A DNA stretch of 64,000 nucleotides, taken from assembly GCA_010093705.1 (NCBI GenBank), contig MU006093.1, positions 765,301 through 829,300 on the forward strand, given 5' to 3'. Source of the stretch: Patellaria atrata CBS 101060. Taxonomy: Eukaryota. Both the position numbers and the translations under genes were made by a program. The notes under the pieces were generated by a model. That model made no database searches. It was not told the origin of the DNA and saw nothing but the letters and a program-made list of their open reading frames with translations. This document shows positions 48,488-61,900 of the stretch, one piece after another. The stretch's first letter is position 1. The number at the start of each line of letters is the position of its first letter.

Positions 48488-50888
48488 ATGTTTTCCGAAT
48501 GTAAGCTAAAAGTTCCCTTATCAGCTTGCCGTATTCTCGGCAGATGATCGCAAACTTGTCTTAGACAGCTTCAATCCAACTCGTGTGACTGACATCCTAT
48601 TCTTACTTCCTAAAGATGCCTCCCGTTTTCTTGCCCAGTCGCAGTCACGGCTGTCGCTCAACCAGGCGGAACACGATTCCTCGAACCGCAACCCTTCAGA
48701 TCGTCATCGAGGACGACCAGGACACCAAAGATATCCTTCGTCAAGGTCATATTTACAACGGTCCATGATGCCTAACCCGTATCAAAACGTCGGTGCATCT
48801 CAGATATCTCGTTTCCCGTTCGCTTCGAGGATATCCACAGCACAAGCACCTCTCTTCTACAGTGCAACCGATCAGTTTAGGGAAGAGGATGATGAGGAGG
48901 AACATGAAAGAGAAGCAGCAGATTATTATGCTCTACGGAAATCACGGAAAGATTTTGGAGATAGTCATATGACAGAATCTTCCGAAATGGAGGACAACAT
49001 GCCCTCAATAGAGCGAAGTGGGGAGGCGGAGGACGCTGAGAATGATGCTTCTGGATTTGGCATGGGAAGAGGAATCAGGAGTTCGTGGCGCGGTGGAAGA
49101 ATAGGGACAAGAGGTAGACCTGAAGCTGTAGAAACAGTCGAAGAAAGAGAAGAAAGGGATCCTAGCGTAGCCACATCGGAAATGAGCGCTCCGAGCAGTA
49201 AAGGGAAAGGAAAATTGGTTGATGTTGAGCTTGCATCCACTATCCACGAAAACATTGACCTAGAAAGAGGAGATGGTGTTGGAGACTTCGACGATTATCT
49301 GGACGATGACCAGCCGCCTGCTTTCCAGCAATTCCGGAGACCACTATCCAAATCGCCTAAGAGTCCGTTACTAGCCCACATTATGCCGCAGGAAACAGAT
49401 CCAGAGATTGTAAGAGAAAATCGAGCGATAAGTGAAGATAGAGACAGTGTACCTCCGATAGTGGCATCAAACGCTCCCGATCCTCCGCGCCACGATACAT
49501 TTTGGTCAACCGTTTTCGCAATATGTCTCGCATCATTGTTTGCCACATGGTTCCTCGTCTATCTACATACCTCAACTCCTACTAAGAAAAAGCCACTTCC
49601 TGATACTATATACTCAACCCTACACGCTTCGTTCCATCTCCTCGCAGCGTATACTCTAGTATCCATCGTGGTCGCATTGCTTTGGTTTGCCGTTCTCAGA
49701 AACTACGCAAGGAGACTGATCTTGATCATGCTAATAGCAGTTCCAATCATTTCCTTTTCGTTCTCGTTATATCCGCTAATTTCAAGTTACAAGGGAAGGT
49801 GGCACGGGAATAGCTTTCAAGACAAAGTTATGCGATGGCTCTCATTCTTTCCGAGCATTTTTGCGGTTATCTGGGTCTATACCGTATATCGGGGAAGGTA
49901 CGCTCTCGGTACGGCGATTGAAATTCTCGAATTCTCGTGTAGGATACTCGCGGCCAATTCACCTTTGGTACTAGTAGGCGGAGGGACACTCACAACCGTC
50001 GTACTGTGGACTTGGACCTGGATGGGAATGTTTTCACGGGTATTCCTCCAAGGCCACTGGACAAAGAAAAATTTCATCATCGACAGTACTACCTGGTGGC
50101 TGGGCGTATTCTTCATTCTCGTATATCTCTGGTCCCTGGCAGTAATCTCTGGCATCCAACGCGCTACGACCGCCGCAACCGTAAGCCAATGGTACTTCCA
50201 CCGCAACACACTTCCCCAACCCTCTTCCCGCGTCATCGTTCAAGCTTCCCTTGGGCACGCAACAAGCACCATGTTCGGCACCATCTGTCTCTCCACCTTT
50301 CTCTCCCTCGCCATCCGCCTCCCGCTCCTTGTCCTCCCCCGCCGTCTCGCTGGTTTCCTAACCGTGCTCGCTTACTCTCTTGTCCCATCCCCCATCGCAA
50401 CTCTCACGAATCCACTCACCCTCACCAACGCCGCCATCTTCTCCCAAGACCTCGGAACCGCGGCCCGCCAACTATCCCATATGTCCTTTGTCTCGAAAAC
50501 ATCACCCACCACAACCCTCTCTCCGCGCTCCTTCTCCAAGAACTCAGTCAGCGGATCCACACTCGTACCCTATCGGCTCGCCAAGCTCCTCCTCCACGCG
50601 ACCCGCTTCATCACATCCCTTGCGCTCGGATACGGTGGATGGGTCTCCACTGCGCGCTCGCTCGAAGTTGTAGGATCTGGGCTGAGAGGGAGTTTGTACG
50701 CATACGTAGTCGGGCTGTGCGCTGCAGCGATTGGGTGGGGGATTCTAGGAGCTATGGAGGGGGTGCTCGGAGGCATTGTAGACGCGTTGGTCGTGTGTTG
50801 GGGAAGTGAGGTTGGTGCAAGAGCATTAGGGGAAGTGAGGTATTGTAGGGAGGCCGGGGAGTTGTTTGGAGAGAGAGGTGTTTATTAG
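48488..50888 (+). CDS. Choline transporter-like (CTL/Pns1, SLC44) protein
   Basis: Micro-exon MFSE + intron 48501-48615; acidic N-terminus; ~10 TM segments; RATTAATVSQWYF and FGTICLS CTL motifs. Confidence 0.85.
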
Positions 50889-51542
50889 CTTACAGATGAT
50901 GATCGACATATATCGGAAAGATAGATGGGAATAGAGATTGTGAGATTTTGTGGCTGTTTCTTACTTTGATTTTGAGTTTCTGGAGTTACAAGGAGAGGGG
51001 TTCAGGGCAGCATAACATGCGGTGTCCGGTTTTCTTTTGGATATTATTATTCTCGTCTTTTTGAGTCTTTGGGATCTGCATTAGCGGCATACCCCCGGGG
51101 GTGTTTCTTACCTTGTTGTGTTCCTCAGTCATAGTGTTACCTTGCTCGTCTCACGGCTTGGGCGTTTTCATTGTCACACTGTCTGTTTTTAATCATGTTT
51201 GACGGTAGAGAGGAGTAAGATGTTAGATGGGCTATATTATACAGAACTTTGTAAGAGAGTATCATTCATGAATTGAACAGTCTCAACTTGAACAGTTCGT
51301 TTTGAGATATGGTGTAACTTGATTGATTGGGTAGCTGGGTGTATGTGCTATTCTACAGTATCTGATGTGAGCTTTCATGAAATCGGATTCTTTGTAGCGG
51401 AATCGGAGAAAGTCACCCAGTCGCCTGCAAAGTCAGGACTGTCTTGAGAAAGCCGTTGATAATATACAAGTAATATTCCTTCATGCGTCTGCATGAACTC
51501 ATGGAGAAGTATCTCCATACGCTCAAGCAAAACTAAAAGGAC

Positions 51543-53177
51543 TTATCCACATTGGTCAAACGCAGCAGGTCCGTACAGCTGCATATCGGGGGTATCATTC
51601 TCCATCTGTTCCGTTGGAAACGACCACTCATGACTCCATCCAGCATCGACCTGGAAAGGAGCCTTGTTGACAAAGGCCGAGACATCGGTATGCATGCTAG
51701 CTTCCTCCAGGTATGCGACTACCTGGCTCAATGCATCCGTACTCAATTGATCCGGGCGGTTCTCAAACTCTGGAATCTCGACCAAATTGTATGGTTCCGC
51801 GCTGGCTTTCAGGACCGAATCATCCAGCAACAGAGTGTTGTGTTGACTCCAAAATTGTCCCTTACCACCTTCTGGATACTCTTTTTGAATTTTCTTATCA
51901 CCCCATACCTTAGTTAATTCCTTATAGACCTGAATCTTCTGGTTATATTGTGCCAGAGTGAGTCCGAATTTATTACGAGCCCATACAGCGACGAGATCTT
52001 TCCGTTGCTCGATGCTGAATAGTTGGTCAACCATAGATTGGACATTTTCCGGCTTCGCGCTGGACCAGATCATGACTTTGAAATTTTGCATGATATGCTC
52101 GATGAACTTCTCGACGTGAGGCCGGTGGATGAAGAATGTGGAGCGTTTGCGAGAAGGTCGAAAGAGAAGAGTGCCATTGAGGTCGATGACCAAAAGGATT
52201 GGCTGCTTTTCGCCAAAATTGACTGGTTCCGTGGTAGCTTGCAGAAGGTAATTAGGATTTGGCGTTGGAACTGCGAGCGGTTTGACAACCTTTTCACGGG
52301 GCAGGCCCTGGGCCAAGAGACTAGCGATTCCAGCCTGGTCAGGCTCAATTTCGAATTCGAAGTTTTTGTCATTCTGCACCGGGGGACTGGGTCCCCTCTT
52401 CGACCTACTCTTCTTCTTCTTGGTCTTCTTACTAGGTCCGGTTGGTACTTGTCCAGAAGCTAAAAATTGGTCGTACCTATCGTCTTTATCAAGACGGGAG
52501 TTGTAAACAGCATGGTGACTATGTACTGACGGAACCGGGGTATGTTGCTGAGAGTAGGGAGCAGAACTGTGGGGGAGCCATACTCCACCGCCTCGGGGTT
52601 GCTGATAAGCAGTTTGTTGATACACCGGTTGTTGATACGCTGGTTGCCGATACGGCGGCTGCGAATATGCTGATTGTTGATATGCTGGTTGTTGATACGC
52701 CGGTTGCGAATATGCCGATTGTTGATACGCTGGTTGCTGATATACTGGATGATGCTGTGGTTGGTACGGTAATTGATAAGGCGGGAATGGAGCGGCGTGC
52801 GGGAAGGTATTATTGCGCCATGACTGAATTTTCTGCTGAAACGGTACAAACTGAGGCACAAATGACGGATTAATGTGGTTGATAGCTGCCCATCCTTGCG
52901 CATTCTCTTCGCGACATTGATGTGTTTGCTGGCGTAGAGGAGCACCGAGCTGCTGATCGAACCTTTCGCTTTGTTGCACGGGATGGTTTGAGTGGCGACG
53001 TTGAGAAGTCCACTCAGAGTTAGCCTGGGTGCCAGGATTTCCTTGAAATGTGTCCATATTAGGTGCTGAATTAGGTTGTTGTTCCTGAGCCTGTTGTGGT
53101 TGGAGATATTTCTCGAGCTCGTCCAGCAATGCTTGGCCAACCCAATATGAAGAATGTGTTTTCGGACTGTCCTTCAT
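51543..53177 (-). CDS. FCP1/NIF-family HAD phosphatase-like protein with Q/Y/P-rich N-terminus (start uncertain, possible upstream exon)
   Basis: LLVIDLNGTLL, RPHV, IWSSA, KEL..VW, NTLLLDDS...P.N motifs of the FCP1-homology domain. Confidence 0.85.
   Translation of the reverse strand: MKDSPKTHSSYWVGQALLDELEKYLQPQQAQEQQPNSAPNMDTFQGNPGTQANSEWTSQRRHSNHPVQQSERFDQQLGAPLRQQTHQCREENAQGWAAINHINPSFVPQFVPFQQKIQSWRNNTFPHAAPFPPYQLPYQPQHHPVYQQPAYQQSAYSQPAYQQPAYQQSAYSQPPYRQPAYQQPVYQQTAYQQPRGGGVWLPHSSAPYSQQHTPVPSVHSHHAVYNSRLDKDDRYDQFLASGQVPTGPSKKTKKKKSRSKRGPSPPVQNDKNFEFEIEPDQAGIASLLAQGLPREKVVKPLAVPTPNPNYLLQATTEPVNFGEKQPILLVIDLNGTLLFRPSRKRSTFFIHRPHVEKFIEHIMQNFKVMIWSSAKPENVQSMVDQLFSIEQRKDLVAVWARNKFGLTLAQYNQKIQVYKELTKVWGDKKIQKEYPEGGKGQFWSQHNTLLLDDSVLKASAEPYNLVEIPEFENRPDQLSTDALSQVVAYLEEASMHTDVSAFVNKAPFQVDAGWSHEWSFPTEQMENDTPDMQLYGPAAFDQCG
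52596..52742 (-). repeat. Coding 15-bp tandem repeat (10 x YQQPA-like pentapeptide)
   Basis: YQQPA YQQSA YSQPA YQQPA YQQSA YSQPP YRQPA YQQPV YQQTA YQQP. Confidence 0.9.
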
Positions 53178-53362
53178 TTCTTTGGGTAACTCTGTTTTCT
53201 CCGCAGGTCCTTCTTTATGTCTGACACGTCTGTCAGGGTTGGTAACCCTCTTGATACTATTAGTTTGACATTAAGAAAGTAGGGTGGGAGAGAGAGGAAT
53301 ACCGTGGGGTAAGAATATTGGAAGACATGAAGCGGGGTGTGCTTTCTTATACTGCGAGGAAT

Positions 53363-53487
53363 ACGCGTAAGTTGTGAAGAACAGTAGTACCTGTTCATGC
53401 GCTTTTCAGGCTGCACCAATTCGGATATAATATAGACGAAGTCACGAATCTGCCAAGAAACCCCAGTCACTGCACGTGATGACGCGT
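53363..53487. promoter_or_regulatory. Putative MCB (ACGCGT x2) and CACGTG E-box in the divergent promoter of CENP-I / FCP1-like gene
   Basis: ACGCGT at 53363 and 53482; CACGTG at 53473 (ATCACGTG on the minus strand). Confidence 0.45.
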
Positions 53488-53593
53488 GTGCTTACTGCAG
53501 ACACACGGCAGGGCAGCTGTCCTGGGCAGCCACACTCCAACAGTTCAAAACAGTATCAAGAGCATCCATTACTCCTTGCAATGCCCTTTGATC

Positions 53594-56050
53594 ATGGTTA
53601 GGCGGTTAAGCGTAAGTATATTTGACGCCGTTGAGGCACTTAAAACAGGTATGTATCTTTATCTTTGTAATACAAACGTACTTGGCTCAAATCTCATGTA
53701 GCATCCAAAGTGCCAGCGAAACAAAGAAGGGAGAAAATAAGTGTCACGGTCGACAAAATCTCCAACCATGCATATGAGCATGGCTTGGACCAAAATGCTC
53801 TCGAAAATATCATTCAAATCGTGACAGTAAAGACAGAGCTCGACCAAACTAGCAATACTCAACTCATCAAGAATCTGTATCCTTCTGGAAGTATTCCTCC
53901 TAATGTTGTCATTTCGATCGTAGGATGTTTGGGTCATGGACAGGGCAAACCTTCTCTATCCACTCAAGGTTCTTTATTAAGATGGCTTGTCGCTGTATAC
54001 GAGGTTCTACAAGAATCTCTCATTCTGTCTAAGCTTTATGGTGTTCTCTTTGGAATGCTTGATATGATTTCTCTCCGGTACGAGTGTACTAATGTATGTC
54101 TTAATATTTGCTTATTGCATTAGAACACCCTTGTGCCATCTCCTCGCGCTCTCGACACGGCGAAGACACGTTCGTCCGTTCAGGATCCAATATCTGTATG
54201 TTCAACCTATGTCCGGGATAAGAGTAATACTGAACTATACAGGCTCGAGTTATCTAGAACAGTTGGGAATGAACCTGCCCTCATAGGGCTTTTGCGTGTA
54301 TATAAGGACTACTATCCAGATATCATCATTTCTAATGTCACTTCCGGTAGGGTGTCCTTGCCTATAGTGCGTATTATACTTTGAAATGAAACGCTTCACT
54401 GCTGATATGATGGTTCAGCAATCTAACGCACAATGGCGGCAGAGGATGCGTGAGATTCAGGAGAATGCGTCATCTCAGACTGTCTCCACAACCGTGGGCA
54501 AGAGTGGTTTCAAAGTATTTAGAGATGGGTCGAAACGTACAGATTCATCTATTATTCCGGAAGTGCACACTTCTCTTGCTTCTGAGGTACATAGTCCTTC
54601 TTCAGAGTATCCAGAGTATCTCTAATTGAATTCCAGTCGTCGGTTACTCTGGAGGAGATTGACACCGCGGACGATCTTGCCGAGAAGCTAGAGAGTATTG
54701 AATTACCAAGTCAGATAGTGTCGTCGTTGAAGGACCCATTGTTACAGAAGTTTCTACTCCTTAGATCTTCTGATCATGGTCGTAAACGATTGGAGCTTTG
54801 GACCTCGGCATACTTTGCAGAAGAATTAGAGACTTTACGCTATGGAGATACTCCTTCACCTGCTCTACATGATGTCTTAGAGGGAATCTTGAGCCAGAGT
54901 AGATTTAACAAGGTAGTGAAATAAATCATCTCAAATGCAAGTAGCTACTAATTAAGATGGCTAGACAATCCCTAGATATGCAGATCAGTTTCTCTCCCAG
55001 TATTTAGACTTGTGGGACGGAGTTACCGATGCAAACATTCTCCTGGAGATATTAGCGTTCGCTCGGGTAGAATCTTTCCAGAGTAAGTTGCCAACTTTTT
55101 CTTTTCCCAAAGTGTTGCTGACAAAACTAGATTATCAACAAACATATCTAAATCGCATTGAGCGAGTCGTCCTATCAAATAACGATACAGCATATCAGAT
55201 TTTAGTATCGTTTTATACTAAAATTGCTACTCATTGGGCGACAGTAATCATACGAGCTCGAGAGCAATCCCTACCACTGAGAATTTCACCAGACGATTTA
55301 AGTCAATTTATCGAACACGTGAATGGAGTTGTTTTATCAGCTTTTGCATCCATTGGCACACATTATAGTCCTACATCTAATGCTCTCCTATTCTATGAAA
55401 GAATAGCGCAATCATTCCGCAAATCAGTGAACTCTCGTTCACAAGCTCTTCGTATCATCATTCCATCGTCCCAGATTGTTTATCTACTTTTACTAAGCTC
55501 ATCACTCACCGACGTCTCACAGCTCTGTTCTGCCTTAACTTTGTACAAACAAGCTTTCGAAGTGAGCGTAGAGTCGTCAATCAGTTATTCTCGGGAATAC
55601 ACAGGGTTATTTAATGGGTATCTCATGGATACTTGCAACCTCCTCTGGCGGTCGCGAGCTTTTGTTACTACAGATCAGAATTCCCTGGGTTGCCAGTTTC
55701 CGGAACACTTGGTACCGGTCCTTGGGGCCTATATCTCTGACATTGACAATGAATACGCTATAGGATCCATTTTTGGGCTCTCTAACAATTTTCTCATATG
55801 TGCCCTTTCCGCGGCGACCATCAGAAGTCAAGAAGATCAAGTGGAAGCATCCGAATCCGAATTGGTCATCCATCATACCGGACCTGTAACCCAAAAGTCG
55901 CTCCTTGCACTTGGAGGTGCAGGAGGTCTTCAAATTACTTGGAAACAATATAGGATCCATGTTTTGCATTGGTTGGTAGGAAGAGGGATACCTGGAATAA
56001 AGAATTTAATGTACGCTACGATGAAAGACCTGATGAACTCAGGTCAATGA
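53594..56050 (+). CDS. mis6: Inner kinetochore protein CENP-I (Mis6/Ctf3)
   Basis: Multi-exon; LDQTS...LIKNLYP, LLRWLVAVY, LCHLLAL.TRRRHVRPFRIQ, LLRVYKDYYPDII, LWDG and FNGYLMDTCNLLWRSRAF are typical of fungal Mis6. Confidence 0.88.
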
Positions 56051-56421
56051 GAAATGAATAGAGTAAGAGCTCCTTAACCGTTTACAATGGATGTTACTGG
56101 TACCATAGGAGTTAAGTTAGACCTTGTGGTTGACAGGATTGTGTCACAAGCTTCGTCCCCGAATAATTTAAGGTTACCTTACCCCAGTATCTACCCCACA
56201 TACCAGAACCGAAGTCGGGTTAAGGTAAGGCACCTTGCAGCTCGTACGAGAAACATACCGAGGCGAGATCTGATCTTACAATATTCGCGACTCTTACTTT
56301 AACTACCGTAACTGTCTTACTCAAGCAAAGTTCTCAACGACACCATAAACAGAGCATAATCCTAACTTTTAAAACTCCATATATTCGGAAGCACTTCATC
56401 TTCAATTAGCTACATAAGGAG

Positions 56422-58252
56422 ATGACGATAATTGTGGAGAAGGGCACGGAAGGAACGGTGTATCGTGCTGCCAAACTTCTCGACATCCCAAATATTGATC
56501 TGCTCACATTTTTATTTGGCGAGTATCCACTATACAAATTTAATGGATTATCTACTAATGTTCAGTAGATTCAGATAAATCTGACGCGAGAGAAGACTCA
56601 ATCCTCCACGCCGATGCTGCAAATCCTCACAACTGTATAACCAAAGCGCAAGCTCGTGAACTCACAAAACAGACAGCTTTTACTCTTCGTAACTCATTCG
56701 GGATTGGTACTTTCGGTCCAAACAAAGATGTCGTCTCCGCTATATGTACCGGCCATTATCTTTCCCCGATCCTGTTCTGGGGAACAGTTGCGGCGGGTGG
56801 AGTTTACTCTGCTGCAAGTACGGCCTCGACACCTTCAGAGTTAGCGAGACTAATACGGCTTGGTGAGAGCAAATTGTTAGTATGCACGCCAGATACAAAG
56901 GATGTAGCTGTTGCTGCTGCAAAGGAATGTCAATTTCCAATGGACCGACTGGTTGTCATTGACTCAATGAGTGAATGGAGATTGACAAGTATCGTCTCTG
57001 GCATAAATTCGCTGCTGGACGGCAAAATGGAGTGGACACGAATCACCGATAAGCTTGAATTGGAGAATAGTTTAGTCTGCCTGATTTATTCATCAGGGAC
57101 GACAGGTCTTCCCAAAGGTTCGTCAGTGCAATTGAATTCCACTATTTGATCCTAATAAATTGACAGGCGTCAAAATATCACATTTGAATTTTGTTGCAGA
57201 GTGCTGCATAATTGTGGATGAATATAAGGAATATAATCGGAAATATAACCCCAATTACAAGTACAGAACCGTTGCACACCTTCCCACGGCCCACATCGCT
57301 GGAATACAGGTGCGTCGGACTCCTCAGAATTCACCCTCAATAAATGCACTGACAATTGTAGGGCTATTTCATCAACCCATTCTACTATGGAGGAACCGTA
57401 TACTGGATGCCCAAGTTCGACTTCCTCAAGTTCCTTGAGTATTGCAAAAAGTTCAAAGTGACCTCTTTCTTCACCGTTCCACCAATTTACCTCCTCATCG
57501 CCAAGTCACCTCTTGTAACGGACCAATTCGACACTCTGGAAACGGCCATTAGCGGAGCCGCGCCCCTTGGAAAAGACCTGCAGCACGCGGCTAGCAAGAA
57601 GCTGGGGAAAGGGAAGTGCTCAATCAGCCAAACATGGGGTCTCAGCGAATCCACAGGCAGCGCAACATTCATGCCTCATGGCGAGAGCGATGATACCGGC
57701 AGCGTCAGCAAGCTGATTCCGAATACCCAAGCGAGGATCGTCGACGAAAACGACAATGATGTCACGCCCGGGGAACCAGGTGAGATATGGCTCAAATCCC
57801 CCGTTGTTACGAACGGCTATTACAACAATCCTGCCGCGAACGCCGAGGCTTTCAGTCGAGATGGCTGGTTCAAAACAGGTGACATCGGCGCTTTCCGTAA
57901 CGGCCTGTTTTACATCCTCGACCGCAAGAAGGAACTCATCAAGTACAAGGGCACGCAAGTCGCTCCCGCCGAACTCGAAGCCGTCCTCTTATCTCACCCT
58001 GACATCATGGATGCCGCAGTCATCGGGGTTGAGGGTGAGGGCACCGAGGTGCCTAGGGCGTACGTGGTTGCGGATCGGAAGAAAGTGAACGAGAAGAAGG
58101 TGCAAGAGTGGGTCAAGGGCAGGACGGCGAGGAATAAGCGGCTCAGAGGCGGTGTTGTCTTCGTAGACGCTATCCCGAAGAGCCCCTCGGGGAAGATTTT
58201 GAGAAAGGATCTAAGGGAGTTGGCGAGGAGAGAGGGGAGAGCGAGGTTATAG
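56422..58252 (+). CDS. 4-coumarate-CoA-ligase-like acyl-CoA synthetase, peroxisomal (PTS1 -ARL)
   Basis: AMP-binding motif YSSGTTGLPKG; QTWGLSE, GWFKTGDIG, DRKKELIKYKG, PKSPSGKILRK; C-terminal ARL*; three introns. Confidence 0.92.
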
Positions 58253-58953
58253 TTTCGGGTTGAAGAGTTTCAAACTGGTTTTGAGGCATGTGCTTCGCAT
58301 ATGCAAAGATTTAGACGTTCGATGAGAATTACTCCCAATTGCCTAATCCGGCCTCTTCCCCGATTCGGTCGCGGAGACGCGTGATATGCACGGTGGAACA
58401 AAGTTCAGTTTTGGCGATAGACGTTCGATGAAAGTTTGGGCTTGGCGATTTCCTATTCGGAACCAGCGTCTAGCGGAACCTGACCAACCATGTACGACCC
58501 CTTCCCCATAGACATCCGCGAACATAGTCAACTAAGGTACGTTCATCCGCTTATATCTCAGCACCGACGATTCTTGTAAATAAGGAAAATAGTATCATAA
58601 AAAAGAACATATTGCGGATAGTAGGGAAGTGTTTCAGAATTGATGTCTGACCTTGACATTCCGCTGATTCTTAAGTTTAACTCAGCCTGTTTTGATAGCT
58701 AAAGCAAGCATTCCCCCCCCCCCCCCTGTCTTGCACAGCAGATTAGGATTTGAGCAGATGTAATACAAGGTCTGAGTTGCTGCAGACCTGCGGTAGGGCT
58801 AATGAATTAAAATTCTGCAAAATACTGCCCTAAATCCCCATTATTGTGCAGAGGATTCTCACGAAAACTAATTATGAAACCGGACTAAACTAACTCCAAA
58901 CAAATGCACCACAAGCTTCGCAAAATGCATCAAAAAAGGGGTCAAAACCAACC

Positions 58954-61900
58954 TCATATACACCCCTCCCTTTCTGGAAACTCATCGCTCATCTTCGCCA
59001 CCATCTTAATATTCATACTCCCCAACTCCTGAATGAGCAATTTGGCCGCATACGGCAACTCGACTCTATTGACCCTCCCTTTGCCCTTACAGCTCTGACA
59101 CCAGCCTTTATACCCCATGCGGCCGCACACGTCGCAGATATCGCACTCGAAGACATCACTGCTGAGCATGAGGCGCTCGAGTAACAATTGCGCGGCACCG
59201 TACGCGATCAGGCAGTCGCGCTCCATTTCTCCCAAGCGCAAACCACCATCGCGCGATCGACCCTCGGTAGGTTGACGCGTGAGGATAGCACGCGGCCCGC
59301 GGGCCCGAGAGTGCATTTTGTCTTGGACCATGTGTTTGAGTTTCTGGTAGTATATCGGGCCCATGAAGACATACGCCGGTAGTGGCTCTCCAGTGATTCC
59401 GGAGGTCAGGTAGTCCTTCCCGTGGTAGCTGAACCCGTGACGGAGTAGGATGTCGCCCATATCCTCGACCTTCGATCCTCCGAACGCGGTGCCGTACTGG
59501 AACTCCGTGGTCATGAGGCCCGCTTTGCCGGCGACGAGCTCGATCATTTTCCCGACCGTCATGCGCGAGGGGAAACCGTGTGGATTCATGATGATGTCCG
59601 GGCAGATGCCGAGGTCGGAGAAGGGCATATCGGCCTGTTCGGCGATGATACCGACAACACCCTTCTGCCCGTGGCGGGAGGAGAACTTATCACCCAACTC
59701 CGGACGCCGCGTTTGCCGTGTCTGCACTTTTAGTACCGTGGTGTCGGCTTCGTTGGCGGTGACGCAGATCTTGTCGACGTAGGCCGGGTCTGGGAGTTTA
59801 TAGGACATGCTGACGTCGCGCCACTGGTTTTGGTGTGCGGCGGTAGGCGTGCTGGCGATGCCGAGGTTGTTCGAGGTGTTCACGGGTGATTGCTTGAGGA
59901 TGTAGACGTCATTTTGCTCGAGACGCATGCCGACTTCGGCGAGCCCGTCGATACCGAGTTTGGTGTGCCGGGTGTTGTTCGGATCGGTGCCGCCTACTCG
60001 GTCCATCAGGCCGTTCGCATAGGATTTCAGTATCGTGGTGGCTTTCCTGAAGACTTGGCATCGCCCGAACCCTCGATCGCATGAAGCTTTGTTGAGTACC
60101 AAGGCATCTTCGATGTCGTACCCAGAGTATGACATGACGGCTACGGTAGCAGCTTGACCGGCTGGTAACTTGTCGTACTTGATAAGCTCGATCGTTCGTG
60201 TCTTGACGAGAGGTTTCTGTGGGTAAACCATCAAGTAAAGTAGGGTGTCGATACGAGTGAATTGGTTATAGGCAATTGCTCCGATAGCTTGTTTACCCAT
60301 AGCACATTGGTACGTATTTCTAGGTGACTGGTTGTGATGAGGATATGGAATTAGCCCAGCAACTGCACCAAGAATCGTGAACGGCTCAATTTCGAGATGC
60401 GTTGTAGACTCGTTAATATCTGATTCGTACACAGCAATGTTCGCGTCGTTCTCTTCATTCACATCCAGGTACTCAACTATGCCACGAGACAAGAAGTCAT
60501 CAAAATCTAGTGTTCCAGCTCTAAGAGACTTAAGATAGCGGGCTGTGACTTTCGATCGACCTTTTTCCACGATAATGAGTGGACGGCATATACGTCCTTC
60601 ATCTGTAGCTATATGTACGGCGTTGTGATGGTGATTTATATAGACCGAAACGAACTCCGAAACACGACCTATCCTTCTAAGCTTACGGAAGCCGTTGAGA
60701 AATTTCTTAGGCTGACGCGTTAATGCCAGCGGAGTTCCGTTGACGAATATGATATATGCTCCGTCTTTATAAACTTCCAAACCACTTTCAGATGTCACCT
60801 CTTCTGCTCCCAAGATAAACACTAGCTTCTTAACGGGTTCTTCCTCGTCATCTGTCGTAATATGTGTCATGAGGGCAAGATTCTTCACAAGACCGCACGC
60901 TTCACCTTCAGGCGTGTCTGCAGGGCAGAGCATACCAAATTGAGAAGCTTGAAGAGCTCGAGGTCCACTGACTTTTCGCGTTTTCTCAAACTGACTGGAG
61001 ATTCTAGTCATCATTCCGAGAGCACTAATATAGCTAAGACGGCTTAGTACGTGTGTTACCCCAGCTCGCTCCATCTTAAACCGCCGGAGACTCCAGTTTC
61101 CAGTAGATATGGCGCGTTCTAGACCGTTCGTGATGGAATTAACATGAGACTGTAAGTGATTAAATGCATCAAATTCAGAAGTGCGTTGGGGTTTTCTGAG
61201 AACCTTGTCTATCGTCATCTTGAAATCGTGGTTAAAACGTTTAAAATGATCTTCGAAAAGTAGAGAAAGCATCTGACCTGCAAGTTCTAGACGCTTGTTG
61301 CCCACATAATCCCTGTCATCGACAAGTTTAGGATCTTGCATGGCCATTAGTACTCTTCGGACCATGAACGCAATGTATAATGCTTTAGGCCTAAAGTTCA
61401 TGCCCTCGACCCCAACATGGGTAATGATAATGGATGCAAGTGCCTGAAGCGCCTCTTGCTGGTGATTCCGGCGCATCGGTTGTCCAATTGGTCTACGCAT
61501 GATTTTGACTCTACTTCCAATGTACTCTAGAGCTTGTTGCTGTGTATAAACATTCTCAATCGTACAAGCCTCAAAATTTACGGAAAACTCGTCTTGATAT
61601 GTGTTATCAGAACCGGCCACGAGCAGCAGGATTTCTTGATCCGACTGGATACCCATCGCTTTCAGAATGAAGACTATCGGGATATCATCGTTCAAAATGT
61701 TATGTTTGAGGTATATCCTTCCCTTCTTGGTGAGCACGTAGGTTTTCGATTTGCGTTCATGCGTTGAACTTGTGACCGAGGCTTGAACAATGCCTTTCAT
61801 AGATTCTACGATGACACGGTTCTTGCTGAGTTGCTCTTGAACTAGGATGACCTTTTCCTGGCCCTTCACGATGAAATAACCCCCAGGATCTATAGCACAT

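Noticed and set aside
56422..58252. Secondary-metabolite cluster around the 4CL-like ligase
   Set aside because: Neighbours are housekeeping genes (CENP-I, RPC2), with no PKS, NRPS or tailoring genes.
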